From: Candidatus Nanopelagicaceae bacterium
Lineage (GTDB): Archaea; Asgardarchaeota; Lokiarchaeia; Sigyniarchaeales; SOKP01
Direction: 5' to 3'
Assembly (NCBI GenBank): GCA_035530895.1
Contig: DATKTW010000010.1
Coordinates: forward strand, 1 to 40,425
Length of the DNA: 40,425 bases
A model generated the notes under the pieces. It searched no databases, was not told where the DNA came from, and was given only the letters and a program-made list of their open reading frames with translations. The translations under genes were made by a program, and so were the position numbers. Positions 1-9,889 of the stretch are shown here, in pieces; position 1 is the stretch's first letter; each line of letters begins with the position of its first letter.

Positions 1-418
1 AGCTAATGCAGTTACTGCCGCGGGAACGGCCCCAACGGAAACTCTGGATTTCTTTAATGAAATTTGTGAACAATATGGATTACTTTCTATGATCGATATG
101 CTTGGTCAGGAAAATCCTTTGCGTAAATTGCTACCATTAAAATTTAAACCTAAAGGAGTGGTAATTCATAAGGGCAGAGACGAAGAAATCAATCCACGAA
201 GTATTATCAGATTTAAAGATATCAATAAGATCCGTTCAAAATACGGCGTTTTAATATCTGTGGCGGGTGGTTTAAATCAAGATTCGGTAAGAAAAGCTTA
301 TTTCAATGGAGCAGATATAGCAATTTTAAATATTGTTAAACCCTCAGATGAGAATAAAGGATTAATAGATACAGTGAATTTTCGATCACTGATTCCCTCA
401 ATTCTAAAAGAAGTTTAA
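1..418 (+). CDS. 3' part of a 3-hexulose-6-phosphate synthase / OMPDC-like (HUMPS family) protein, 5'-truncated by the window edge
   Basis: Frame is open from base 2 (ANAVTAAGTAPTETLDFF...SMIDMLG) through VIHKGRDEE and SVAGGL...GADIAI, the ribulose-phosphate-binding barrel pattern of archaeal HPS. Confidence 0.7.
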   Translation, partial: ANAVTAAGTAPTETLDFFNEICEQYGLLSMIDMLGQENPLRKLLPLKFKPKGVVIHKGRDEEINPRSIIRFKDINKIRSKYGVLISVAGGLNQDSVRKAYFNGADIAILNIVKPSDENKGLIDTVNFRSLIPSILKEV

Positions 419-790
419 TTAAGTAATTTAAATACTTATTTTTTTATTTATCTCTATTCTATTATAATCGTATTTTTACAATCTTTACAGAATAATTCTA
501 AGTAATTATGAGATTCCTTTAAGAATAACTTATGTCGTTTTATATCGCAACCATAACATTTCCTCTTTCTATAAAAGAAATTGGGGATATAAAAGTTATT
601 AGATTCTTTTATTCTACTCATGAAGAGGAAAAATCAAGATTTTTATTTAAATCCCGCCTCATTAATGATTTCTCGTTTTTGAAATATAATAACAAAATTT
701 TTTTTGGGACCTTTAATTTGTAATAAACGATTTACTAGATACTTTTCTTTACTAAAATATAGATGATCATAAAAATTCCCAAGGAAAATT

Positions 791-1774
791 GTGAAAAACA
801 TAATGGCTCAACAAAAAAAAGTAACTAATAATGAAGCTCTGATAACATTTCAGAATATCTCAAAAAGTTATAATAACTCTTTAGCATTAGATAATATCTC
901 CTTCACTATAAATAAAGGAGATGTGTTTGGGTATATTGGACCTAATGGAGCGGGTAAAACCACAACAATTAAGATATTGGTAGGACTGATCAGGGATTAC
1001 ATTGGGAAAGTGTATATCGAAGGGAAGGATATATCCAATTCTCGACAAGAACTTTATAAAATACTAGGTTATCATCCACAAGAAGCAGGGTTTCAAAGTT
1101 GGCGTACGGTAGAGCATGCTCTAAGAACTTTTGGTCGATTATCGGGATTGAAACAAGATCACCTTGAATTAAAAATCACAGAAGTGTTAAAATTTGTTAA
1201 CTTAGAAGAAGTCAGGAATAAAAAAATAATCCATTTATCGGGTGGAATGCTACAGAAATTAAGGTTGGCTCAAGCACTTCTAAATGATCCTCAGATTCTC
1301 GTACTAGATGAGCCATTATCTGGACTAGATCCGAGTAGTAGGTATCAGGTAAAAAACCTCATTAAATCTCTAAGTCTACAGGGGATTACAATATTCTTTT
1401 CCTCCCATATTTTATCAGATATTCAAGATATTTCTAACAAGATTGGTATTTTAAATAAGGGGAGAGTAATCAAGATTGGAGATCCTAACGAGTTGCAAAA
1501 TGAGTTCCTCATAGGAAATATTATAGAAGTAGTATATACCGAAGTAGGAAATCCTTGCCAAAATTTGGAGCAAATAGATGGAGTTGAAAAGATCGAATTA
1601 GGAGCTCCTAACAAACAACTTATTCATTTAGAAGCAAACGCAGATTTAGATAATACTATTCAAAAAATACTTAGATCAATAGCAGATCAAAAATGTAAGA
1701 TGCGTAATTTTCAAATTCTTAAACCAAGTTTGGAGGAAGTTTATTTAAAATATATTGAAGGTGATATTAAATGA
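791..1774 (+). CDS. ABC-2 type transporter ATP-binding protein
   Basis: Walker A GPNGAGKTT, signature LSGGM, Walker B LVLDEP, H-loop SSH; true start may be ATG at 803. Confidence 0.95.
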   Translation: MKNIMAQQKKVTNNEALITFQNISKSYNNSLALDNISFTINKGDVFGYIGPNGAGKTTTIKILVGLIRDYIGKVYIEGKDISNSRQELYKILGYHPQEAGFQSWRTVEHALRTFGRLSGLKQDHLELKITEVLKFVNLEEVRNKKIIHLSGGMLQKLRLAQALLNDPQILVLDEPLSGLDPSSRYQVKNLIKSLSLQGITIFFSSHILSDIQDISNKIGILNKGRVIKIGDPNELQNEFLIGNIIEVVYTEVGNPCQNLEQIDGVEKIELGAPNKQLIHLEANADLDNTIQKILRSIADQKCKMRNFQILKPSLEEVYLKYIEGDIK

Positions 1775-2433
1775 GTTTAAAGATATTGTTCGTGGACGAA
1801 TTAAAGGGATTCTACAAATCAAAGGTGATGATTGTGCTATGGGTAGGATTACCGCTTCTATCCCTACTATTTCATTATATAACGCCAAATACAGAAGGAT
1901 TTCCTATCTCCTCCATCGTAGCAATAATTTTATCAAGTGTTGGTGGAACTCTTGCTAGTGCCATGTTAAGTACCTCTATTGCAAGCGAAAAAATGCGCCA
2001 TGTTTATGATCTGTATTTAATTCGACCAGTAAAACGCGCAAATATACTCTTAGCAAAGTACTTTTCCGTTTATTTATGCCTAATTATTGCTACAGGCATT
2101 TCTCTTACTCTCGGACTTATACTAGATCAGATATTTATCGGGAATCTTCCCGAGTATGTACTAAATCAAACTATAGAGTCATTAACAATAAGTATGGCGG
2201 CTATGGCAATTTCTTGTTCGATAGGTGTATTTTTTGGGATAACTGTTTCATCTGTTCCTGTAGCTACGATATTATCGGTTTATATAGGTAATCAAATTTC
2301 AGCTATCTCAATCTTACCGACAGTATTCTTAGATTTTATCGATCCTGTTATCTTCTCTTTACTAATTGGTCCTATAGCAGCAGTAATTATGCTTACCGTA
2401 AGCAGTATATTATTTTCGAGGAAACAATTCTAA
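1771..2433 (+). CDS. ABC-2 transporter permease
   Basis: About 6 TM segments, SEK...LIRPVKR..ILLAK motif; ATGA overlap with the ATPase stop. Confidence 0.85.
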   Translation: MSLKILFVDELKGFYKSKVMIVLWVGLPLLSLLFHYITPNTEGFPISSIVAIILSSVGGTLASAMLSTSIASEKMRHVYDLYLIRPVKRANILLAKYFSVYLCLIIATGISLTLGLILDQIFIGNLPEYVLNQTIESLTISMAAMAISCSIGVFFGITVSSVPVATILSVYIGNQISAISILPTVFLDFIDPVIFSLLIGPIAAVIMLTVSSILFSRKQF

Positions 2434-2460
2434 ATAACATGTAATGTTGAAACATTTGAA

Positions 2461-2837
2461 TTAAACCTTAACTTTTTCAAATTCCTCAATCCACTTATCC
2501 AAAGAAGAAACCCACCATGCAGCGGCGTCTTCCTCCCCGTTCTCGTTTAGAAATACTACTTTCAATAATTTTCTTAACACAGATTTATGTAAAAAAGATT
2601 TCGTAATTTCAACTTTTAAAATAGCAGAAGTAGGGATTTGTAGTACTTTTTTCGGATGCCACATTTCGAAATATAATTCTTCATGAGTGAGGATTAAAAC
2701 GCCGTTTCCCCTAACTTGGGTAGTTTTACGAGATTGTTGGCCAAAAAATTTACACTATTTAGTGATATAATAATATCGGTATCTTTATACTTATCCCGGA
2801 TCTCACTAATTCGTTTTTGAAACAATTTCTTTACCAT
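2461..2837 (-). pseudogene. ~125 aa hypothetical protein interrupted by a -1 frameshift (or programmed frameshift / homopolymer error)
   Basis: ATG 2837 preceded by GGAG gives MVKKLFQKRISEIRDKYKDTDIIISLNSVNF; the -1 frame continues FGQQSRKTTQVRGNGVLILTHEELYFEMWHPKK... to TAA 2461; shift at A AAT TTT (2751-2745). Confidence 0.7.
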
Positions 2838-2916
2838 TTTATCTCCAACCTCTTCATTTTGCTTTGCTTATGATATATTCAGTTTAGAAATACATTTTAT
2901 TTAAATTTTAAAATGT

Positions 2917-4485
2917 TTATTGATCCTGTAAAAATTCCTCTTTTTTAGGATAATTTACATCAAATGCTTTAAGTAATGGGATGAAATTTTCTAATCGTTT
3001 TAAGAAAGACTCAAAATTTCTTTTATTTTTAGGTGTCCATCCTGTTTCTGCGACAGCAATTAATCTTGGAAAAGTTTGCCATTCTAACTTATCCTTACTA
3101 TTAATATATTCAGTCCATAAACATGCTTCTATGCCTAAAATATGTTTTTCATAGTTGTTGCCATATTCTTCAGGTACAGGATCATATAAATATGTTTTTT
3201 TAGTAGGGATTAGTTTATACGGGTAGTTTAGATATACCGCTGACATCTCAGACATCACTACCTTCCTTCCCTTCATTGCGTGTTGTAGAACCAATTCTAA
3301 ATTATTTGTCCAATAATGGCATATAGCGTCTTCGTTAAGTTTATCGTTTAAGATTTCGTTCCAGCCCATTAAATGACGCCCTTTAGATGCCAAATAATCT
3401 GCAATACGATTTGTAAAATAGACTTGAAGGTTTTCAGAGCCCGCCACTCCTTCTTTAATTATTCGATTCTGACACTCGGAACATTTATTCCACCGATGTC
3501 TAGGCACTTCATCTCCTCCCGTGTGAATTATTTTAGACGGAAAGATATCCATTACCTCGTCTAAAACATTCTGAGAAAACTCGAAAACTTCCTCTTTTCC
3601 TATACAGAAAACATCTTTATGAATTCCAAAGCGTGTACTAACCTCAAATGGGCCTCCAGTACAACTCAATTCGGGGTATGCTGCTAATGCTGCCATAGTG
3701 TGACCTGGAAAATCGATCTCTGGAATAATGGTTATATAGCGTTCACTTGCATACTCGATTAACTCCATAAGGTCCTCACGCGTGTAATAGCCCGATACAG
3801 GGATTCCATCAATAGGAAGTTTTCGCTTCTGAGAACTGAGTAAAAGTTTTTTTCTGGATATAATTGTCCCCTCCCTTTTTGATCCAATTTTAGTAAGTAA
3901 GGGATACTTCTTTATTTCTACTCGCCAACCTTGATCATCTGTGAGGTGCCAGTGAAATGTATTTAATTTTAAGAGAGCCATTAAATCTAAAATTTTTTTC
4001 ACTTGTTTTTTTCCAAAAAAGTGGCGCGATTCGTCCAACATGAAACCTCGCCATTTAAAACGAGGGAAATCTTCAATCGAAACGCAAGGGATAGAAGATT
4101 CTAAAGAAACCTTATCTCCTTTTGAAGCTTTATGAGGGATTAGTTGAATTAAAGTTTGGATACCATAAAAAACTCCGATTGATGTGGTTGCAGATATAAT
4201 GATGTTCTCTCTTGAAACTAAAAGATAATACTTCTCAGAATTATTAAGATTTTTTTCATTAGAAGTTTTAAGTTTTATTGAGTTCTTTCCTTCATTATTT
4301 TGAGAGGATTTCTCAATAGCTAGATTCAACCCGTACTTTGAAGTTATTACTTGTTTCAAATATTCACCATTTCTTGTAGATGTTAAATCCACTTGAATGG
4401 TAGTTTTTTGACTGAGGATAAATACACCATCATTTAATGAGACTTTCGCAGGTTCAGGGATTATTTTCAGCTCTTCTTCAATCAT
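2917..4485 (-). CDS. beta-N-acetylhexosaminidase (GH20)
   Basis: PRFKWRGFMLDESRHF, HWHLTDDQGWR, PEIDFPGH and catalytic HTGGDE motifs; no signal peptide. Confidence 0.95.
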   Translation of the reverse strand: MIEEELKIIPEPAKVSLNDGVFILSQKTTIQVDLTSTRNGEYLKQVITSKYGLNLAIEKSSQNNEGKNSIKLKTSNEKNLNNSEKYYLLVSRENIIISATTSIGVFYGIQTLIQLIPHKASKGDKVSLESSIPCVSIEDFPRFKWRGFMLDESRHFFGKKQVKKILDLMALLKLNTFHWHLTDDQGWRVEIKKYPLLTKIGSKREGTIISRKKLLLSSQKRKLPIDGIPVSGYYTREDLMELIEYASERYITIIPEIDFPGHTMAALAAYPELSCTGGPFEVSTRFGIHKDVFCIGKEEVFEFSQNVLDEVMDIFPSKIIHTGGDEVPRHRWNKCSECQNRIIKEGVAGSENLQVYFTNRIADYLASKGRHLMGWNEILNDKLNEDAICHYWTNNLELVLQHAMKGRKVVMSEMSAVYLNYPYKLIPTKKTYLYDPVPEEYGNNYEKHILGIEACLWTEYINSKDKLEWQTFPRLIAVAETGWTPKNKRNFESFLKRLENFIPLLKAFDVNYPKKEEFLQDQ

Positions 4486-4622
4486 AGTATTAACATCCGT
4501 TCAAATATTTTATAGAAATAGACAAGGTGGTTAATCGTAAAGAATTTGCATTCGAATAAAAATATTGTTTATCAACCGTATTTGTTCTAAAATAAGAAAT
4601 CTTAAAAATAAATCATACCATT

Positions 4623-5120
4623 TTGATCACTATGAATGATAAGAAACCTTTAGTCGAAGAGGTTGATCTTAATATTTTAGGCGTTCTCAGCGAAAATAGC
4701 AAGGAAAACTATAATCAAATCGCAAAAACATTAGAAAAATCCCCTGTAACGATAAAAAAGCATATAGAAGAACTAGAACAACAAGGTGTTATCAAAGGTT
4801 ATGGGATCGATATTGATTTTGAAAAATTGGGATATGACATTATAGCTACAATAGAAATTACAGTCTCAAAAGGTAAAATGATAGAAGTAGAAACAGATAT
4901 AGCTGAAAACCCTAATGTTTTTGGAGTTTACGACATAACAGGAGATTACGATGCCCTCGTGTTTGCGCGTTTCAAAACTCGATCGGAATTAAGCGCAATG
5001 ATTAAAAAACTTCACGCCTCTCCTAATGTAGAACGGACAAATACCCATCTAATTTTAAATGTAATTAAAGAAGGAAGTTCTTTCGTTAAATTGTTAGAAA
5101 AAGAATCTAAAAAGAATTAA
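4623..5120 (+). CDS. Lrp/AsnC family transcriptional regulator
   Basis: N-terminal HTH (D..IL..L...IAK.L..S..T...I..LE..GVIKGY) and RAM domain ITGDYD; start may be ATG 4632. Confidence 0.93.
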   Translation: MITMNDKKPLVEEVDLNILGVLSENSKENYNQIAKTLEKSPVTIKKHIEELEQQGVIKGYGIDIDFEKLGYDIIATIEITVSKGKMIEVETDIAENPNVFGVYDITGDYDALVFARFKTRSELSAMIKKLHASPNVERTNTHLILNVIKEGSSFVKLLEKESKKN

Positions 5121-5667
5121 AAACACTTCGGATATTAAGTGCATAACTTTTTATACGGGATTTTTCCTTTATTGAATTGAAAATTCACTTCCTATTTTCA
5201 CTTCTATTACTAAATTTGTCGAGAGTCTTGATTTATTTTTAGTCGATTTATTTCTATATTTAAAAAATCCCCGATTTTGATCAATCTGAGTATAGAAATT
5301 ATAGAAAATGGACCTCCGATTTTGAAGGAAAAAATCAATGATGAAGATTACTTCAATTATTCGAACGCCATTATTCCGTTTTCAGAGTTTTTTCACAAAA
5401 TCGAACTTTTAGATGTATATTCGGGAGTTGAAAGCATACCCTTTGAAGAAAGAGCTCCAGAATATAAAAAAATATTACTCGCCGAGTTTTTGTAATTGCT
5501 CCCAAATGACTCAAAGCTCCACTTATAGATTAAAACTTATATTTTATATTTTAACTCATTTCTTTTTAGCCCAAATCTCCAATTTCAGATATTATAAAGT
5601 GAAATAAAACAATATTTATATAATTCAATTCTTTTTGTTTGAATATCAAATATAACAGGAAATTCTA

Positions 5668-6504
5668 ATGAAGTATGGATTTGTTTTTCCACGCGCAGAT
5701 GTGTTTGAAGCGATAAAATTTGCGAAAACTGCTGAGGAGGTGGGTTGGGATGCATTCTTTGTCTGGGAACCAACCTATGGTATAGATGCCTGGGTAACAT
5801 TGGCTGCTATAGCTGTAGAAACTGAAAAGATTCGTTTAGGAACATTATTGAGTCCCCCTTCAAGAATGCGTCCTTGGAAATTAGCAAGTGAGGCAATTAC
5901 ACTTGACATTTTGTCTAATGGTCGAATTACTATTTCTGTTGGATTAGGCGCGATAGATACGGGATTTGAAGAATTGGGAGAGAAAACCGATTTAAAAACT
6001 CGAGCAGAATTGCTAGATGAAAGTTTAGACATAATAGATGGATTATGGAGTCGCGATATGTGCAATTATAAAGGTAAACATTATAATATCAAAAATTTGT
6101 TTGGAAGTGAATTTTTCGAAAGACATCCGCCCCCAAAACTAATTCAAAATCCGCGTATCCCAATATGGGTTGTTGGCGCTTGGCCATATGAAAAATCTAT
6201 GAAGCGCGCAATAAAATATGAGGGAATAATCCCCACAATAATAAACAAGCAAGGAGAATTTGAAGATCTAACCCCGAAACACATAATTGAAATTAAAGCC
6301 TATATTCAAGAAAATCGTTCGAACAATGCACCTTATGATGTAATAGTAGAAGGAAAATCACCCGGAGATGATTTAGAAGTATCCATGTCAATTATTACGC
6401 CATTTGCTGAAGCAGGAGCAACATGGTGGATAGAGTCGGACTGGACTACAAAAAATCTTGAGCAGCTGTTTAAACGAGTAAAACAGGGTCCTCCCTCATT
6501 TTAA
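5668..6504 (+). CDS. LLM-class (luciferase-like) flavin/F420-dependent oxidoreductase
   Basis: AEEVGWDAFFVWE, DAWVTLAAIAVETEKIRLGT, TLDILSNGR and IPIWVVG motifs. Confidence 0.9.
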   Translation: MKYGFVFPRADVFEAIKFAKTAEEVGWDAFFVWEPTYGIDAWVTLAAIAVETEKIRLGTLLSPPSRMRPWKLASEAITLDILSNGRITISVGLGAIDTGFEELGEKTDLKTRAELLDESLDIIDGLWSRDMCNYKGKHYNIKNLFGSEFFERHPPPKLIQNPRIPIWVVGAWPYEKSMKRAIKYEGIIPTIINKQGEFEDLTPKHIIEIKAYIQENRSNNAPYDVIVEGKSPGDDLEVSMSIITPFAEAGATWWIESDWTTKNLEQLFKRVKQGPPSF

Positions 6505-6520
6505 ACTCTATCGCAATTTA

Positions 6521-7201
6521 TTACTTTAAATTCGATTTATTCTTTCTTTTAGCTCTTTTTAGCGATAATATTCCGTAAAATATCATAATTATACTCATAA
6601 TTAGTGTTGGGAACATATCAATAACGAATGATAAAAAAAATAAATCTGTAATAAATGGAACTACACAACATAAAAATATAGAAATAATATAAACTGTTAA
6701 AATAAGAGACATTGTTATTAGAACAACACCAAGAATTCTTTCGTTCCTAGCATTTACGATACCTTTTCTAATATAAAATAAATTTAGCTCTTTATTCCCG
6801 ATAATTGCAAAAATTGCACCAAACATAAATCCCCAAATCGATAACAGCAAAACAACCCTCCCGTAATTTATATAAAATTGAAATACCATTAGTTGTATAA
6901 CTGCAATTATATAAATTCGATTTTTATCGTATCGATTACCAAGTTTAGCATTACGCAACTGAACAAAATATACCCTTAATAAAACAATAGCACTAACTAA
7001 CAAGAATACTCCAAGAAAACTGAAATAGAGTTTTGGTTCCCCAACTGGATTACGAGGTATAAGGATAGAAAAGCCATAAACCCAATGAATCATGTCACCA
7101 ATATCAAATCCTATAGCCTGAGTTACATGAGTAGGAAAGATCAATCCACACAACGAACAACCAAGCGATAAATAAAAGTATATACTAATTTTCCAAGGCA
7201 T
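6521..7201 (-). CDS. hypothetical multi-pass membrane protein
   Basis: 226 aa ORF with about 6 hydrophobic segments and a basic C-terminus; GGAG upstream of ATG. Confidence 0.7.
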   Translation of the reverse strand: MPWKISIYFYLSLGCSLCGLIFPTHVTQAIGFDIGDMIHWVYGFSILIPRNPVGEPKLYFSFLGVFLLVSAIVLLRVYFVQLRNAKLGNRYDKNRIYIIAVIQLMVFQFYINYGRVVLLLSIWGFMFGAIFAIIGNKELNLFYIRKGIVNARNERILGVVLITMSLILTVYIISIFLCCVVPFITDLFFLSFVIDMFPTLIMSIIMIFYGILSLKRAKRKNKSNLK

Positions 7202-7522
7202 GCGCTCCCTCTTGTTTTATAAATTGTATAAAAATTTCTAATTATATATTGGTTTTTGTCAACTTAAATATATTTCTCATGTCTAGAGTAGACTCTTCAA
7301 GAAATTTTTTAGTAATACGCTATTAAATTCTCAGTTTTTTGTCGGTACGCGTTTTTTTGTGGTTAAAAATTTTTTAGCGCAAAACAATAAGTTTATAAAC
7401 AAGTTACGCACGCTTTACAAAATTTTCAAGAAAAAGATGATCAAACTGAAAATCTTTTAGATATTTCCTCCTTCAGAAAACTTTTTAAAGCGACAAACCT
7501 TACTAAATTTAAAATATTTTCA

Positions 7523-7544
7523 TTATGGGAAATAAATCCCATAA
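7523..7544. promoter_or_regulatory. perfect 8-bp inverted repeat TTATGGGA-N6-TCCCATAA, candidate operator
   Basis: Palindrome seen directly; lies downstream of a TATA-like TTTTTAAA (~7482-7489) and 41 nt upstream of the wHTH gene. Confidence 0.5.
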
Positions 7545-7585
7545 CAATAAAAAAAAATTTAAAAAAAATTGGATGTGAATTATGA

Positions 7586-7840
7586 ATGATGTTGGAAGAA
7601 ATAGAAAAAAGCCCTGAGGCTGCAATAATTGCAGCAAACGAAGTATTTAAGACATACGAGCTAATGTGTTTAGATAAGTTAAAGGAAATTGGAAGATCAA
7701 CAGCTCGAGAATGGTCTTTCGCAATGGGCTACACACATCGTAGTTCACTTGCGAAGATCATACGAAGAATCACAGAGAGATACCCTGAGATGCTTAAAAT
7801 CTATGATAACAGGTTTCCTCGACTCTACGAAGCAATATAA
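7586..7840 (+). CDS. small winged-helix-like DNA-binding protein
   Basis: LKEIGRSTAREWSFAMGYTHRSSLAKIIRRI HTH-like pattern followed by a beta wing; first gene of an apparent 3-gene operon. Confidence 0.6.
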   Translation: MMLEEIEKSPEAAIIAANEVFKTYELMCLDKLKEIGRSTAREWSFAMGYTHRSSLAKIIRRITERYPEMLKIYDNRFPRLYEAI

Positions 7841-7961
7841 CGTTCACTAAAGAAATGTAAGCTGAGATGTCTTTCTGGAACTTTTTCACACATCTGATTT
7901 CGCACAAATTAGAAATTCAATTTTTTTATAAATATTAAGATCTATTAAAAGTGGTTGAAGA

Positions 7962-8177
7962 ATGATAATAAAGTGTAAAGATTGTGGAATAGAGTACTCT
8001 TATGCTCAAAACATATGTCATGCGTGTGGAGATAATACATTCTTCTTTGGTGCAATTTTTGAAGAGGAACGATCAGAACGCAAATGGAACTGTGCTTCAG
8101 GTGCTGAATGTAATGAGATTTTAATAGAAAAACCAGAATTGCATGAATCAATTATAGAAGTATTTTCTGATAATTAG
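7962..8177 (+). CDS. small zinc-ribbon protein
   Basis: CKDC...CHAC knuckles plus two extra Cys; sits in operon position before the GOGAT-like gene. Confidence 0.65.
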   Translation: MIIKCKDCGIEYSYAQNICHACGDNTFFFGAIFEEERSERKWNCASGAECNEILIEKPELHESIIEVFSDN

Positions 8178-8196
8178 GATGGAGGTATGAAATGGA

Positions 8197-9846
8197 ATGA
8201 CAAAATTTTCTATGACTACACACCAGACAAGCATGATTGGTTCAAGGACAAGGGTTGAAGATTCTTGCGAGTCTGGATTATGTCCAATATGCATTGCGGA
8301 TTGTCCTGTGTTCTGCGAAGTTTCGAAATCAGCATTAAGAGGTCGCGAAGCGTTATATCCTCGAAGAGAATATTTTGGAAACTCAACTGCGGGAACACCA
8401 AAAGATTTTGGGTTAGCCTATGGTGATTTCCAAATTCAATTTGAAGTGCGAGGCGCTCAAGGGATCGAAGCTCATGAAGACAAGGTGATTTTTCCAAATG
8501 TGGATATGACGATGCGTTGGGGGAATATACTGCAAAAATTGCCTATCGTGATTGCTGGACTTGGCAGTACGTACGTAGCTAAACGAAATTGGGAAGGTTT
8601 AGCAATTGGCGCTGCTTTAGCAGGTGTAAGTCTTACAATTGGAGAAAATGTAGTTGGAATGGACCAATTTGCTCAATTTGCAAATCACAGAGTTTATCCC
8701 AAAGTAATTGATACAGATGATATGAAATTTCGTGTTAACATCTATAGAGAGTGGTGGGATGGAGAACATGGTGATATAATTGTACAGAAAAATGTTGAAG
8801 ACACTAGGCTTGGAGTATTCGATTATGTAACTTCAAAATTGGATGTAGAATCACTTGAGTTGAAATTTGGTCAAGGAGCAAAAGCAATCGGTGGGGAAGT
8901 AAGGTTATCGTCTTTAGAAAGAGCACAATTACTTCAAGAACGAGGTTATTTAGTCTTTCCTGATCCCTCCGATCCAATGGTTGTAGATCAATGGAATGCT
9001 GGGTTAATACCTGACTTTGAAAGGCATAGCAGAGTGGGGTTGTCCACGACTGAAGATGTTTTAGAAGAAATAGACCAAGTTCGCTCATCAGGAGCAAAAA
9101 ATATATTTATTAAAACTGGAGCCTATCGTCCAGCGGCAACAGCTTGGTTATTAAGGTTAGCAGTGGAAGGAGAGGTAGATGGAATAACATTTGATGGTGC
9201 GGGAGGAGGAACAGGGATGAGTCCTGTGAGTATGATGAATGAAGGCTCAATTCCAACCGTTTATTTAGAAGCTCTTGTAGTTGGATGTTTAGATATGATA
9301 AAGAAGAAAAATCCTAATGTTAATATTCCAACCGTAGCCATCGCGGGAGGAATCGCAAACGAGACGCAGATTTTCAAAGCTCTTGCCATGGGTGCCCCCT
9401 ATGTGAAGTGCATAGCCATGGCAAGGGCTCCACTAACAGCTGCTATGAAATCTAAGTATATTGGTGAAACAATATCAAAGGGAACGGTCACACCAGCGAT
9501 GTTGAAGAACTTAGGATTTCCTAAAGAGAAACAGCCCTCCAGTTTAACCCTTAATGAAGCTTTCGTAGAATACGATAAATTGCAGAGGACTTACAAAGGA
9601 AAAGAAATTCCTCCCTCCGCAGTGGGAGTTTATACATATTTTGAAAGTAAGCTCGGTATAGGTCTAAAACAACTATTAGCTGGGGTTAGAAAATTTAATT
9701 TGGACCTTTTAGATCGTCATGATATCGCTTGTATTTCTCAACGAGCTAAAGATGTATGCAATAAATGGAATTTGCAAATTGAGTCTCAAGAATCTCTTGA
9801 TTTTGAATTGGTAAAAAACGAGATATATTCGGGAAACTACAAATAA
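8197..9846 (+). CDS. FMN-binding glutamate synthase family protein (stand-alone GltB2/GlxD-like)
   Basis: N-terminal Cys cluster SGLCPICIADC..C, ELKFGQGAK.IGGE, IKTGAY, DGAGGGTGMSP, IAGG..IFKALAMGAP; GGAGGT RBS upstream. Confidence 0.9.
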   Translation: MTKFSMTTHQTSMIGSRTRVEDSCESGLCPICIADCPVFCEVSKSALRGREALYPRREYFGNSTAGTPKDFGLAYGDFQIQFEVRGAQGIEAHEDKVIFPNVDMTMRWGNILQKLPIVIAGLGSTYVAKRNWEGLAIGAALAGVSLTIGENVVGMDQFAQFANHRVYPKVIDTDDMKFRVNIYREWWDGEHGDIIVQKNVEDTRLGVFDYVTSKLDVESLELKFGQGAKAIGGEVRLSSLERAQLLQERGYLVFPDPSDPMVVDQWNAGLIPDFERHSRVGLSTTEDVLEEIDQVRSSGAKNIFIKTGAYRPAATAWLLRLAVEGEVDGITFDGAGGGTGMSPVSMMNEGSIPTVYLEALVVGCLDMIKKKNPNVNIPTVAIAGGIANETQIFKALAMGAPYVKCIAMARAPLTAAMKSKYIGETISKGTVTPAMLKNLGFPKEKQPSSLTLNEAFVEYDKLQRTYKGKEIPPSAVGVYTYFESKLGIGLKQLLAGVRKFNLDLLDRHDIACISQRAKDVCNKWNLQIESQESLDFELVKNEIYSGNYK

Positions 9847-9889
9847 CTGTTAAGCTAATTCGATGTAAAGGAAAAAAATAATAAAAAAA

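Noticed and set aside
532-723. 63-aa ORF
   Set aside because: Low-complexity F/K/I-rich translation of an AT-rich promoter region; no motif
5277-5607. Two short overlapping ORFs (72 and 64 aa)
   Set aside because: No recognisable family; may be a decayed gene remnant but cannot be supported
7841-7925. Possible alternative hairpins (AGATGT/ACATCT versus TCTGATTT/AAATTAGA) as a riboswitch or attenuator
   Set aside because: Short stems, no second copy and no known aptamer motif
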